Translations under genes and position numbers: made by a program
From: Octopus bimaculoides
Lineage: Eukaryota
Direction: 5' to 3'
NCBI RefSeq assembly: GCF_001194135.2
Contig: NC_068987.1
Span: 64,107,913-64,171,739, forward strand
Length of the DNA stretch: 63,827 nt
Part shown: positions 37,896 through 51,002 of the stretch, in pieces
How the letters are laid out: the number at the start of each line of letters is the position of its first letter
Position numbering within the stretch: the first letter of the stretch is position 1
Notes under the pieces: model-generated
Told to the model about the DNA's origin: nothing
The model's input: only the letters and a program-made list of their open reading frames with translations
Database searches by the model: none

Positions 37896-38659
37896 TATAT
37901 ATATACATATATATATACATATATTATATATATGTATATGTATATATACATACACATATGCATACACATATGTGCATATGAAAATATATTTATGTATATG
38001 AATATATATGTAATATAAACACACACACACATATATACATATGAGAGAGAGAGCACTTAAGCGATGTTATGTTTGACATTATAGATATTTGTAAACATTA
38101 CATTACTGACGTAAGTTTCTGTCGTCACGTGTACATTGACATACAAAAACTATGTACAGCACACACACACATACACAAACACACGCACGCACACATACAC
38201 ACACACTTATTGACACGCGCGTGCACGCACACAAGCGATGTTTCCCAATGACTATCTCTCACCTCATACCGACCCCACACTGACATAACTACCATCACCT
38301 TCGTTAGGTCACCGCCACTTTCTACCCCATATTACCTACTGCCATCGTCGACATCACCATCTTCGCTACCTTCTCCACCATCAGCACCATCACCACCATC
38401 GCCACTAGTTGCCGTCAGAACATAGAATGTACTGGTGACCGAATGCAGACTGAAGTTGTTATTAGTCGCTTACACTCAACACAATGTCTGATCCATATCA
38501 TGTATCAACATTGCATTTGGAAACTTCTACGTATGTGCGTTTGTATGTATGTATATAGGCATGGATGGATTCGTGTTTGTGTCTATGTGTGTGTGTGTGT
38601 GTGTGTTAGTGTATGAAAATGTGTATGCATTTGTGTGAATGTATGTATGTTTTTTTATT

Positions 38660-39066
38660 CTTTTATTCTTTTAGTTGTTTGTCATTTGGCTGGAGCCATG
38701 GTGGGGCACCGCCTTAAAGGGCTTTCCGTCGAAGACATCCACCCCAGGACTTATTCTTTTGTAAGTCTAGAACTTAATCTAGCTGTCTGTTTTGCCGAAC
38801 CGTTAAGTTAAGGGGACGTAAACACACCAACATCGGTTGTCAAGCTATGGTGCGAGGACAAACACAGACACAAAGATGAACACACACATACATATATATA
38901 TAGATATATATATATGACGTGATTCTTTCTGTTTCCGTCCATCAAATCCACTTACAAGTCTTTAGTCGGCCCGAAGCGATAGAAGACACTCAAGGTGCCA
39001 AGCAGTGGAACTGAACTCAGGATCATGGGGTTGGTAAGCAAGCTTCTTACCACACAGCCACGCCTA
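38660..39066 (-). mobile_element. SINE-C copy, near full length
   Basis: Reverse complement begins GGCGTGGCTGTGTGGTAAGAAGCTTGCTTACCAACCCCATGATCCTGAGTTCAGTTCC and includes the linker and tail motifs. Confidence 0.88.
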
Positions 39067-39433
39067 TACGCAAGCATGTCTGTATGAATGATGTATGGAT
39101 GCATGGTATGGATGTACGTATGCATGCAAACATGCATATATCAAGGTATACACGTATATATAAAAGTGTGCATGAATGTCTGTGTGTATGCATGTGCATG
39201 TGCACGTGTATGTATATGTATAACTATGTATTATATGTGTATTTATGAATGTATGTATAGCCATGTATGCATATAGGCATATATGCATATAAGTATATAG
39301 CAATGTACTCATGTATGCACGTGTAAATGTATGTTTGTGTGTAGGTATGCGTATGTATGTAGATATTCATGCCTGTAGGCATTTTATGTATGTGTAAACG
39401 CATGAATGTATTCATGCACGTTTACGTTTGTAC

Positions 39434-39483
<50 letters not shown>

Positions 39484-39717
39484 TAACAGAATGAGATAAA
39501 AATCCAACGCTGTGAAAGATGATTTCAGAACATTCATAAAGAGGCCATACAGCTGATTGGCATTTATTTCATTGGTTCAGAAATCATGAAATGCAAAGTT
39601 GACATCAAAGTTGAACTCAGAATGTAAAGGTTCGTAGTATAGTCGGCAAGAACTTGTATTTTTATGTTTGATTATCTAACTCTATTGACAATCTCCTGAC
39701 CCGCTACAATCCGTGAT

Positions 39718-40152
39718 AATGGTTTTCAAATTTTAGCACAAAACCATTAATTTTGAGGCAGGTGGGGTTACTCTATTACATTGACCCCAAGGCTTAACTG
39801 GTACTTACTCTATCAACCCAGAAAGTATGAAGTCGACCTCGGAGCAATTTAACTCATAACGTAAGCGTAAAGACGGGAGAAAACCGCTAAGTATTTTTAC
39901 GTGGCGTGCTAATGATTTTACCGGCTCGCCACCTTAACAAACCGTAATAATCCTTTCTACTATAGGCACAAGGACTGAAACTAAGGACTGAAAAGAGAGA
40001 GTCGGTTATATCGACCCTGGACTCCACTGGTACTTATTTCATCGCCCCCAAAATGGAGATAGTCAAAGTCGACCTCGGCGGAATTTGAACTCAGAAAGTA
40101 ACCGCTAAGCGTTTCGCCTGGGGTGCTAACGATTTTGCAAGCTCATTGCCTT
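39718..40152 (-). mobile_element. Two tandem SINE-A copies
   Basis: Units ~39718-39935 and ~39950-40152; a further fragment at ~39555-39640. Confidence 0.85.
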
Positions 40153-40222
40153 AAACGATCCGTAATAATAATAACAAATAACAACACCAATAACTAGAAC
40201 AATTATTATTATTATTATTATT

Positions 40223-40902
40223 GAGTGAGAGAGCAATGCATGTCATCAAAGTGACACTGGGGTAAAATATACGAAGCCCAGTATACCCATCATGACAACC
40301 CATCTGATAAGGGTACACCATGGCATATGCATGACAACCATATGTGTGCTAAACGGTGATCTCATATCAAGATAAACAGCGCATGACCTTGCAGGTGGGG
40401 CCCAGTTAGAATTTTCTACAGGTCGAGTAGCCCATCCCGCTCAAAAGGACCTTGAAATAGGATTGTTTGAGGATGTTGAACGAAACACCCACGTTTCCAA
40501 AGTGAATTATCCAAACCTCAAAGAATTCCTCTCAACACGTGGCTATGAGCAGAGAAGCTCATTGTATGCATTCCCAGTTTACACACGTAAATTCACAGGT
40601 AAAATATGTATGTAAAAATTTAATAAATAAATTCATGAATGGATGTTGTTTTCAGAGCGATAATGCTCTTCTCAGTACATTAGTCGTTCCAGTTAATACG
40701 GTTTTTTGCACTTCCTGTAGGGATGGTAGGCCTGGTATCATTTTCAAATAGGTTTCAGTACCTTTTTTTATCATTCCTAGAGATCCTACAATCACTGGTA
40801 CGGTAGTCGCCTTGAGATGCCACATTTTTTCAATTTCTATTAGCACTTCTTTATATTTACTGATCTTGTCAAATTCTTTCGCCGCTATATTGTGATCGCA
40901 AA
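40223..40902 (-). mobile_element. R4/Dong-like non-LTR retrotransposon 3' end (restriction-like endonuclease C-terminus plus 3' UTR)
   Basis: Minus ORF end CDHNIAAKEFDKISKYKEVLIEIEKMWHLKATTVPVIVGSLG...LQEVQKTVLTGTTNVLRRALSL* (stop at 40652) has the KxxKY...MW...VPVIVGxLG RLE motif. The 3' end abuts (AAT)n at 40202-40222. The 5' part is lost in the gap. Confidence 0.85.
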
Positions 40903-41530
40903 NNNNNNNNNNNNNNNNNNNNNNNNNNNNNNNNNNNNNNNNNNNNNNNNNNNNNNNNNNNNNNNNNNNNNNNNNNNNNNNNNNNNNNNNNNNNNNNNNN
41001 NNNNNNNNNNNNNNNNNNNNNNNNNNNNNNNNNNNNNNNNNNNNNNNNNNNNNNNNNNNNNNNNNNNNNNNNNNNNNNNNNNNNNNNNNNNNNNNNNNNN
41101 NNNNNNNNNNNNNNNNNNNNNNNNNNNNNNNNNNNNNNNNNNNNNNNNNNNNNNNNNNNNNNNNNNNNNNNNNNNNNNNNNNNNNNNNNNNNNNNNNNNN
41201 NNNNNNNNNNNNNNNNNNNNNNNNNNNNNNNNNNNNNNNNNNNNNNNNNNNNNNNNNNNNNNNNNNNNNNNNNNNNNNNNNNNNNNNNNNNNNNNNNNNN
41301 NNNNNNNNNNNNNNNNNNNNNNNNNNNNNNNNNNNNNNNNNNNNNNNNNNNNNNNNNNNNNNNNNNNNNNNNNNNNNNNNNNNNNNNNNNNNNNNNNNNN
41401 NNNNNNNNNNNNNNNNNNNNNNNNNNNNNNNNNNNNNNNNNNNNNNNNNNNNNNNNNNNNNNNNNNNNNNNNNNNNNNNNNNNNNNNNNNNNNNNNNNNN
41501 NNNNNNNNNNNNNNNNNNNNNNNNNNNNNN
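40903..41530. other. Assembly gap
   Basis: N run, followed by (ATT)n at 41531-41554. Confidence 0.99.
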
Positions 41531-41554
41531 ATTATTATTATTATTATTATTATT

Positions 41555-43243
41555 GCCGTCAGCCGAGGAAGCTACGCTTGATCTCGGCTCCGTGTTTTGT
41601 TTTCGAAAATCGTCAGTTTTCTTCGGATAATAGCGGTGCTTTCCTGTCATTTTCAACCAAGGTGGAGAATACGGGATCGTTCTTCTGCTGGTGAGTCTCT
41701 TTCTTTCTTTTTTTTTTTTTTGTTAAAAGTCACCTATTTCTTGGGGGGCTTATCAGATTTATTCCATTTTTTATTCCATGTGTAAAAATTCAGAACTATG
41801 CTGAATGGCAGCAACAAATAGTTTCGAGGGAATTTCAGTAATTGATGAGAGACGGGGAGAGACAGAGGAGTGACTTGCCACAAAAATGAGAGAGGGTAAC
41901 ACTTCTTCACCTGTTGACGTGACTACCAGGCAAACAAGCAAGCAAAACAAGACAACCATTCCAATCACAAACAACAACACCAGCAACTCTGACATCACCA
42001 CCGCCATCATCCCTAAGAACATCAACAACAACAACAACAACAGCAGCAACAGTAGCTGAAACAACAACAGCAACAACAACAGTAGCAGTAACAACAGCAA
42101 CAGCAGCAGCAGCAGTAGCAACAACAACAACAGTAAAGCTTTGACGGTAGAGAAAAATAAGCAGTACAGCTAAATTATTTTTCCCCGTTACCAAGTAGCT
42201 TGGCTACTTCGGTCAACGATATGAACATCACCACAAACAATAATGTCGCTTTGACTCCGACTAACAACAACAACAACGACAGGAACAACATCAGCAGCAA
42301 AAACGATATAATTAACGCAAACAATAACAGTAACGTTAAAAACAACTCCTTTGCTAGAGTAACAAAATTGCTGGAGCAAATCTCACTGGAAGGAAAACAT
42401 ACGTACTTGAGTGAAGCAGAAAAACTCCCCAATAGTGGGGATAGGAAAACCAAGCTTGCTATCCCTTCAGATTTGATGGAGAAGACGGCCAGAAGGATCA
42501 TAAAGACGAGGAAAAATTTCATTGCACCGCACATCCAAGTAGAAAAGTGCTAGAAGAGTATTTGGACTATATTGTTATTTAATGTGTCCTTCACTCGAGG
42601 AAGACAATATGGTTCTGTAGAAGTCAGATTTCCCAGTGAGGCGCTGGGGATCTAGTTTGTTTCAGTCACAAAATCAGCCCCCTTTAATTTTGCTCAGATT
42701 GTTTTCAAATTTGGCGCATCGATGCAGTTCAGAATGGTGAATACATTCAACTAATTACTTTCTCTCATAAATTAAAGAATCTGATGTTATTTGGAATTAA
42801 ATTTGGAAAATTTGGGTAATTTTAGCCAATCAACAGACAGCGAGGCATTAACAGCTAGTTATCATAACAACCGCACGTTGTATTGATGACAGGGTGGCCA
42901 GTCTAACCCACAAATGGGTGAATGGAAGCTGTCCCTGAAAGGTCTGGCAGAGGTCACGAATGCTTACATCACCTCCGTTATCATTTATCGCCTGACCGTC
43001 GTGGCTTGACCAGGTTGGAGCGTCTCTTACGTAAATTAGGGCCACATCTCTATCATACCCCCTCCCCATTTTTTAAAACCTTTGTATGTTATGCATATGT
43101 CCCTTCTTTTTCAGTGTGTATCGTGTATACTTTCTTTCATTTAAAAAAAATTTTAATCATCTCATTATATGTAAACCCCCAAGATTTATGTCCGTCTTTT
43201 ATTTCACCCTACTCATCATTTGCCCTTGTGACAAATAAATGAA
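41555..43243 (+). mobile_element. Internally deleted Tx1/L1-like LINE: putative 5' UTR, decayed ORF1 start, ORF2 C-terminal piece, 3' UTR
   Basis: ORF2 piece VASLTHKW../KLSLKGLAEVTNAYITSVIIYRLTVV../LTRLERLL matches the L1/Tx1 post-RT motif W..R.LSL.GR. AATAAA at 43234 is followed by (ATT)n. The ORF1 assignment (MAATNSFEGIS...N/S/T-rich...LLEQISLEGKHTYLSEAEKLP...RGRQYGSVEVRF) rests on position and is less certain. Confidence 0.65.

Positions 43244-43308
<65 letters not shown>
43244..43308. repeat. (ATT)n microsatellite
   Basis: Directly visible. Confidence 0.97.
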
Positions 43309-43314
43309 CTTCAT

Positions 43315-43455
43315 TAAGGTGGTGAGCGAGTTCAAATTCCACCGAAATTGACTTTGCCTTCCATTCTTTCGGGGTCGTACCAGTTGATCACTGAGGTCGA
43401 TCGGCTTATCTCATCCCCCGAAATTGCTAGACTTGTTCCAAAATTTGAAACCATT
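43315..43455 (+). mobile_element. SINE-A copy, internally deleted
   Basis: GGTGAGCGAGTTCAAATTCCACCGAAATTGACTTTGCCTTCC...CCAAAATTTGAAACC. Confidence 0.8.
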
Positions 43456-43697
43456 ATCATCATCATCATCATCATCATCATCATCTCTAATTGCCAAGGC
43501 AAAACACAGATATTTAGGAGTGATATATGATAAATTTAATCAAGAGTAATTCACTGACAATTTAGTTTTTGAGCTGCGAAACGATAGTAAAAAAAAGCAA
43601 TCTGAACGGAGTTTTGAAATGAGAATATAAAGAAATGAAACAACAAACATAACATAAGAATTGTACCATTACCTACTATGCCAATCTAATTTCTATC

Positions 43698-44074
43698 GTT
43701 GTTGTTGGCACTCCGTCGCTTACGACGTCGAGGGTTCCAGTTGATCCGATCAACGGAACAGCCAGCTCGTGAAATTAACGTGCAAGTAGCTGAGCACTCC
43801 ATAGACACGTGTACCCTTAACGTAGTTCTCGGGGATATTCAGCGTGACACAGCGTGACACAAGGCTGACCCTTTGGATTACAAGCACAACAGGAACAGGA
43901 AGTAAGAGTGAGAGGAAGTTGTGGTTAAAGAGTACAGCAGGGTTCGCCACCATCCCCTGCCGGAGCCTCGTGGCTTTCACTCAATAAACACTGACAACGC
44001 CCGGTCTGGGAATCGAAACCGCGATCCTATCACCGCGAGTCCACTGCCCTAACCACTGGGCCATTGCGCCTCCA
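43698..44074 (-). mobile_element. SINE-D full-length copy with perfect 12-bp TSD
   Basis: CTAATTTCTATC at 43686-43697 and 44075-44086; tRNA-like head and (AAC)n tail. Confidence 0.95.
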
Positions 44075-44665
44075 CTAATTTCTATCAAGCACAACGCATT
44101 CGTTTTAAGGAAAAGTGCAGGTGATTAATTTCATTATTTAACTGGATATCATTTCATTGACCTCCTGGAGTAAAGGAAGATAAAGTTAATAAATGCGGGA
44201 TTTGAATTTTGTTGATGAAGAAATGTACAGCAATATCATATCAAAAAATTATTTTCCCGTATTAGTAAGTTCTAACATTAGTATACACCGATAAACCAAT
44301 ATTTACAATATTTACATATTATTAAGAGCTTTATTTGCTTCGCGATTCTAAACATGAGTGCGCATATGGGTGTGCATGTATCTGTGTGTGTATGTGTATG
44401 TATGTGTGTGTGTGTGAATAGGGAACAGCATGTCTTTCAAATATGTTGAAATCACAATTATCTAATGATTGATTTTTCACGAACATAGTTCTGCGTTTAA
44501 CAACACACACGTAAATCCACGCGTCCATATACACTATACATACTATATATATGTATGTACGCGTGTTATGGTGAGCTGCATTATACACATATTTATATAC
44601 CCCCACACAGATACATACACGGACACCCCTTATTTATACACACGTCCACACATACCAGTATGTAT

Positions 44666-44707
<42 letters not shown>

Positions 44708-44717
44708 TATATTTATA

Positions 44718-45417
44718 NNNNNNNNNNNNNNNNNNNNNNNNNNNNNNNNNNNNNNNNNNNNNNNNNNNNNNNNNNNNNNNNNNNNNNNNNNNNNNNNNNN
44801 NNNNNNNNNNNNNNNNNNNNNNNNNNNNNNNNNNNNNNNNNNNNNNNNNNNNNNNNNNNNNNNNNNNNNNNNNNNNNNNNNNNNNNNNNNNNNNNNNNNN
44901 NNNNNNNNNNNNNNNNNNNNNNNNNNNNNNNNNNNNNNNNNNNNNNNNNNNNNNNNNNNNNNNNNNNNNNNNNNNNNNNNNNNNNNNNNNNNNNNNNNNN
45001 NNNNNNNNNNNNNNNNNNNNNNNNNNNNNNNNNNNNNNNNNNNNNNNNNNNNNNNNNNNNNNNNNNNNNNNNNNNNNNNNNNNNNNNNNNNNNNNNNNNN
45101 NNNNNNNNNNNNNNNNNNNNNNNNNNNNNNNNNNNNNNNNNNNNNNNNNNNNNNNNNNNNNNNNNNNNNNNNNNNNNNNNNNNNNNNNNNNNNNNNNNNN
45201 NNNNNNNNNNNNNNNNNNNNNNNNNNNNNNNNNNNNNNNNNNNNNNNNNNNNNNNNNNNNNNNNNNNNNNNNNNNNNNNNNNNNNNNNNNNNNNNNNNNN
45301 NNNNNNNNNNNNNNNNNNNNNNNNNNNNNNNNNNNNNNNNNNNNNNNNNNNNNNNNNNNNNNNNNNNNNNNNNNNNNNNNNNNNNNNNNNNNNNNNNNNN
45401 NNNNNNNNNNNNNNNNN
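44718..45417. other. Assembly gap
   Basis: N run. Confidence 0.99.
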
Positions 45418-45663
45418 TATTATAAAATATTATAAAATATAGGATACTCCATCTCCTCAGGGTCCCATTATTATTGCTATCATTATTATCATTATTATTA
45501 GCAATACACATCCAATAAAAACAGAAACGATTCAAATCTAATTTTCATAGTTGACCCATGAAAATATACAAAACAGGATGAAAAAGTAATAGATGGCACA
45601 CAACTTTCCATCCCAAATGTGCAATGAACGAGCAAACGGTAAATTTACTCAAATCTAAACCTA

Positions 45664-45708
<45 letters not shown>

Positions 45709-45904
45709 ACACCAGTTAACGATTGCTACATATTTTCTCCACCCTGAATTGCTTTCATCGTTGTTGTTGTTTTGTTCTTTAGTCTCAGATCAGTCCTGAA
45801 CGCGTAAAAGGCGATGATTATATCTATGGCATTGTGAATAAATAACACAGAAGAGATATATCTATTGGAAAGCTTTAAGAACTAAGTTCAAATATCTAGG
45901 TATT

Positions 45905-46895
45905 CTTCTCTACTCTAGCCTCAAGGCCCGAAATTTTGGTGGGAGAGAACCAGTCGAGTACGTCGACGCCAGTACGAAACTGGTACTTAATTTGTCGACC
46001 CCCGAAAGGATGAAAAGCAAATTCGACGTCCGCGGAATTTGAACACAGAACGTAAAAACAAACGAAATATCACTAAACATTTCACCCGGCGTGCTAACAT
46101 TTCTGCCAGCTCGCCGCCTTCAACTCTCTAGATATTGACACATAAAATGATGGAAGCTTTGATACATCACACTACACATATGACCACATGCATGATAAAT
46201 ATTAATATAGTGAAGATTTTGAGAACCTAGGTCCTTCCATACATTACAGTCACCACAAATCTAAAACCTGTTAATTCTAGAAATAATCTTTTCTCCTAGA
46301 TGCACAAGGCCTAAACTATTTGGGGAAAGGTACTTGTCGACTACATCGACTCCAGGACTCGGCTGGTATTTATTTTTATCGACCCCGAAAGGATAAATAG
46401 CAAAGTCGACCTCGGCGTAATTTGAACTTGCTAATGAGTAGGAAGAAATGTTGTGAAGCATCTTTTCCGTCGAGCCTACAATTTCATTTAGACAAGTAAA
46501 CGCCAGCTTTATAAAATGTCAAATGAGAAACTTAATGGATATTAACAAAAACATTATCCCTTGTTCCCCAATATGGTAAATCCAAAAGGAATTTCATAAA
46601 GTAAAAGAATGTTTTGAATATTTCAAATAAGATCAGTTTCAAGATGTCAACTATTACAGTAATGTACTAGAAAAGGAAGGCGGCGAGCTAGCGTAAGGGT
46701 TAGCACGCCGGGCAAAATACTTAGCAGCATTTCGTCCTTCTTCACGTACTGAGTTCAAATGCCACCGAGGTCGAGTTTATCATTGATGTTTTCGGGGCCG
46801 ATTAAAAAAATTAGTAGTTGTGAGTTGGAGGTCGATGTAATCGACTTATACCTTTCCTTGAAATTGCTGGCCTTGCGTCAAAATCTGAAACTAAC
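45905..46895. mobile_element. Three SINE-A copies (- ~45905-46120; - ~46280-46470; + ~46675-46895)
   Basis: Family motifs in both orientations. Confidence 0.85.
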
Positions 46896-47094
46896 GTACT
46901 TGAAAGAATTAGATTTTACGACATGCCAAACGATCCAAACCGGAAGCATTTCCCTAATCGTTTGACTCGCAAGAAATAGCTCCAAATATCCCTCAAATAC
47001 TACATTCTTAAGATTTGGAAATAAAAAAAAAGGAAAAAACATGGGATAAGATAGACTTCGTTACTCTATTTCTGAGGGAAATAAAAGGCGGAAA

Positions 47095-47297
47095 TACTCT
47101 CTCTCTCTTTTACTCTTTTACTTGTTTCAGTCATTTGCCTGCGGCCATGCTGGAGCACCACCTTTAATCGAGCAAATGGTCCCCAGGACTTATTCTTTGT
47201 AAGCCTAGTACTTATTCTATCGGTATCATTTACGGGGATGTAAACACACCAGCATCGATTGTCAAGCAATGTTGGGGGGACAAACACAGACACACAA

Positions 47298-47332
<35 letters not shown>

Positions 47333-47430
47333 CATATACATATATACGACGGGCTTCTTTCAGTTTCTGTCAACCAAATCCACCTACAAGGCTTTGGTCG
47401 GCCCGAGGCTATAGTAGACACTTGCCCAAA
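47095..47430 (-). mobile_element. SINE-C copy with internal deletion
   Basis: Tail TACTCTTTTACTTGTTTCAGTCATTTG...GCCATGCTGGAGCACC and core CAAGGCTTTGGTCGGCCCGAGGCTATAGTAGACACTTGCCCAA. Confidence 0.88.
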
Positions 47431-47579
47431 GTGCCACTTTTAAATCATTTGTTAACTTTTGCGCACGCGCTTTTCTGTGTTCGACATACACAATATTTTA
47501 ATCATTCAGAAATATTTTTAACTGAATGTGATTTCATCGACCGAAGTTCATTAATTTCCGTAAATTTATTTTATTTATT

Positions 47580-47678
47580 TACTTTTGTTTTAAAGGGAAA
47601 GAGAGGAGAAAGTGAAAGATGTAAGTGTATATGAAGCGGACGTATGTGTGAAAGAGAGAGAGAGAGAGACAGAGAAAG

Positions 47679-47726
<48 letters not shown>

Positions 47727-47988
47727 GGGTTGTGTTGTCATGTATACACACATACATCAATACATATGCGTACATCTTTTTTTGTATGTACGCGTGCATG
47801 TGTGTGTGAGAGAGAAAGTGAATGAGTGAACGTGTGTATTCTCATGTATGTGTAAGTGGCACTCTCTCTCTCTCTCTATCTCACACACACACACGCACAT
47901 ACACATGCACACACACACACACGTCCATTTCATATACACCTTCATACATCTTTCATTTTCTCCTCTCTTTCACTTTAAAACAAAAGTA
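47580..47988. mobile_element. MITE-like element with ~65-bp TIRs, TA ends and a microsatellite-filled interior
   Basis: TACTTTTGTTTTAAAGGGAAAGAGAGGAGAAAGTGAAAGATGTA... is the inverted copy of ...TACATCTTTCATTTTCTCCTCTCTTTCACTTTAAAACAAAAGTA. Confidence 0.75.
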
Positions 47989-48424
47989 ACAGGTGATTTT
48001 TCAGGATAAAAATTATTCAAAAAAGCTTCTACTCATGTAAATTGATTGCTATTGTTTGGATAGTTGCAACTAAATAAGTCCAGAAGTTAGGTTAAATATA
48101 TATACATGCATAAGTACCATGAATTCCTGTTCTACAAACTGGCAAAGAATTCCGTGAATACTTTACCAGGCAACGCTGGGTAGTAAGTCTGTTCTGATAT
48201 AAAGAGCTTTTGTGCACGCGCGTTTGTGTGTTTGTGCGTGTGTGAATCTTTACAGTATATTTACAATTTAATGACGTCATGGGTGAGATGGAATTTAAGA
48301 CCACGTGGAGGAAGGTGTATATTCTATGATTTCATAAACAAAAGATATTTACAACATCCGATCGGGAGTTATATAGTCTGACGTCATAGATAAAAACGAA
48401 ATTCAAAACATGAAAAGCAAAGCC

Positions 48425-48457
<33 letters not shown>

Positions 48458-48751
48458 GCATGTGTGTGTGTGTATGTGCAGGTGTCTGTGGGGGTGCGGG
48501 GGATACAAGACATGACAGTTGATGGACAGGATAGAAATTCCATGAACTGCTTTCGATTGGCTTCTGCTAATATGACGTATTGAATGTCACTGGTATGAAG
48601 ATGTTTGTATCTGTGTCTGTATATAGATATATGGTTATTGTTGTATTAATATGGCATTGTGTGTTTGGGAGGTCTAACTGTGTACATAAGGTGTTTCAAA
48701 GCTATAGCTAATATGCGCGAGAGAGAATGTGTACGTGTGTCTCAATGTTCA

Positions 48752-48793
<42 letters not shown>

Positions 48794-49081
48794 AGCACTC
48801 ACAAACGTATACATATATATACATATATATACCGGATGAACCAACGCCCGGCTTGAGGTACAGATGAGGGTAACAGTGTCAAACTCCCTCATACATCAAA
48901 TGGGCCAACAACCAAAGGAAAACAACACATACAGGAGTGGTGATATGAAACCCCACCACCCTGAAAAAATCAACCAAAGAAGAAGAATATTTAAAAGTGC
49001 AAAATCACCGTAATTCTTTGCCATGACCGCAACTTCATGGTTATATACATACATACATACATACATACATACATACATACA

Positions 49082-49114
<33 letters not shown>

Positions 49115-49926
49115 TTACGTATAATATATATAATGTTATAATAAAAACCACAAGCCTTGTTAAATACAGCTACCAAGGTTTTCTATGTCGAAACATTAAA
49201 TTTCTCATTTTTCAATTGAGAACAAGACTGTTTGTCAGTTGCCTTTTGAGTAGATGATGCTTAAACAAGAGATGCTGATAAGGAAGGAGACAAGAAGAAA
49301 ACACAAGGGAGATAATCAACGTTAAATACATCAGTCATCCAGACGTAAACAAGATGTTAATAATTTATCATGTCTGGTGGCCTACTTTTAAATTCTGCCA
49401 AGGTGCATTTCTAAAAATGTGGATATACAGAAGAAATTTCGTTCCTGGAAACTGTGTAGTCATTGGAGGCTCTGAAGTTCTTTAAGATATTGTTTTTCAA
49501 GAGAACATACTGAATATGTTTGGTCCCCGTTAATATATAGGGTCTGGTTTTGGAGAGAATTTTCTATTCGGTGTTGAAATTGGTCCTTTCGTCTTTAAGT
49601 TTCCAAACTATAGCCGAAAGTGTCTTTAAGAGACATTCAACAACCCATGAACTATTTTACTTTAACACTATTGGCTTCGAAGATATCTAGCAGACTGAGC
49701 GATTGTGTAAAGGCATAAAGGATGAAGTGATGTGTAAAACCTTTTCGAATCCAAACAAATTTATATGTTGCGAAGTCATACTGTGGGTAAAATAAGAATG
49801 TTTTAATACTCAACCAACTGCACCATAATAAATTGACCTTCGGTGATTGAACTGCAGGGACATTCATATGCCGAAATATACATATATGTTCGTATTTGTT
49901 ATGTGTGTCCATTGTGTGGGAAGGAA

Positions 49927-50013
49927 AGTGATTGTGTACACGTTTTGTATGGTACAGTGATTGTGTACACGTTTTGTATGGTACAGTGATTGTGTACACG
50001 TTTTGTATGGTAC
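49927..50013. repeat. Three perfect copies of a 29-bp unit
   Basis: AGTGATTGTGTACACGTTTTGTATGGTAC at 49927, 49956 and 49985. Confidence 0.97.
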
Positions 50014-51002
50014 GTATGTGCATAATCAGATTGTGAATTCTAAGATATTTTCAATAGCGCTAGCAGCAACTGGAACTGGACTCGTAATAAGATATTTGCC
50101 AGGTGGAGAATAAATGCAAAAGTAAATGTATGTGTAGCATGTGATTCTGTCTGCACGGGTAGGTTTGTGCTTCTGTTTTAAAATGTTGATGTTGTTGTTT
50201 TTGTTGTTGTTGATGTTGTTCCATAACTCAAGGTCAACTTTCACAGAGTGAAACTATGGCCCGCTGGTTGCCGTTCGAACTTTTAGATGCTGCCCTAGAT
50301 TTGTTATTTCAGTTATATCATGTCCACATCTAGTTGAGAACCCTACTGCGTACTCTCTATGTACTACATTTATCGGATGTGAAAATGTATTCTCTCCATT
50401 CTCCACTCTCTATACTCTCTGGCCTATCTACATATATGATGCGAGATTTTTGCTCAATGCTCTCAACGTTAAGGTGTCTATATGATTTTATGTTGCATGA
50501 GTTAAATAAAAAGATATAGAAAACCAAAGAAGCTAAGTTACGAATAATGAAAATTTGTCCTGGAAAATGATAGAGTAAGAAACCTAAGATTTAATTTTAG
50601 TTCATTTGTCATATTTCCCCAGCAGCAAAAGTGACGTAATAGAAATCAGCCGTTTATAAACGATAGTCAGCATTAAGTTTTGAATCTTTTACTATGTCGA
50701 CTATGACATTTCAAATATATATATTTGAATACCAGTGATAATGGATGTTTTGATTTATAATGCTCTTAAAGGAAATAGCGTATATATTTTATGGTACAAC
50801 CACCACCGCAAAGGTAATTATTTCAGTTGAAAGAACAAACGTTAGAGAATTGTTTTCTGAATAAATGATGCATGCAATTACGAGTATATTATCATCGGGG
50901 AATACGTTTGCTATATAGGTTGATAGATTCAACATTATAGGAAGAAACGAAACAAAATTACCTTTAAGCTGTTCTTTCAAAAATACTGCGAATATAAAAG
51001 TG

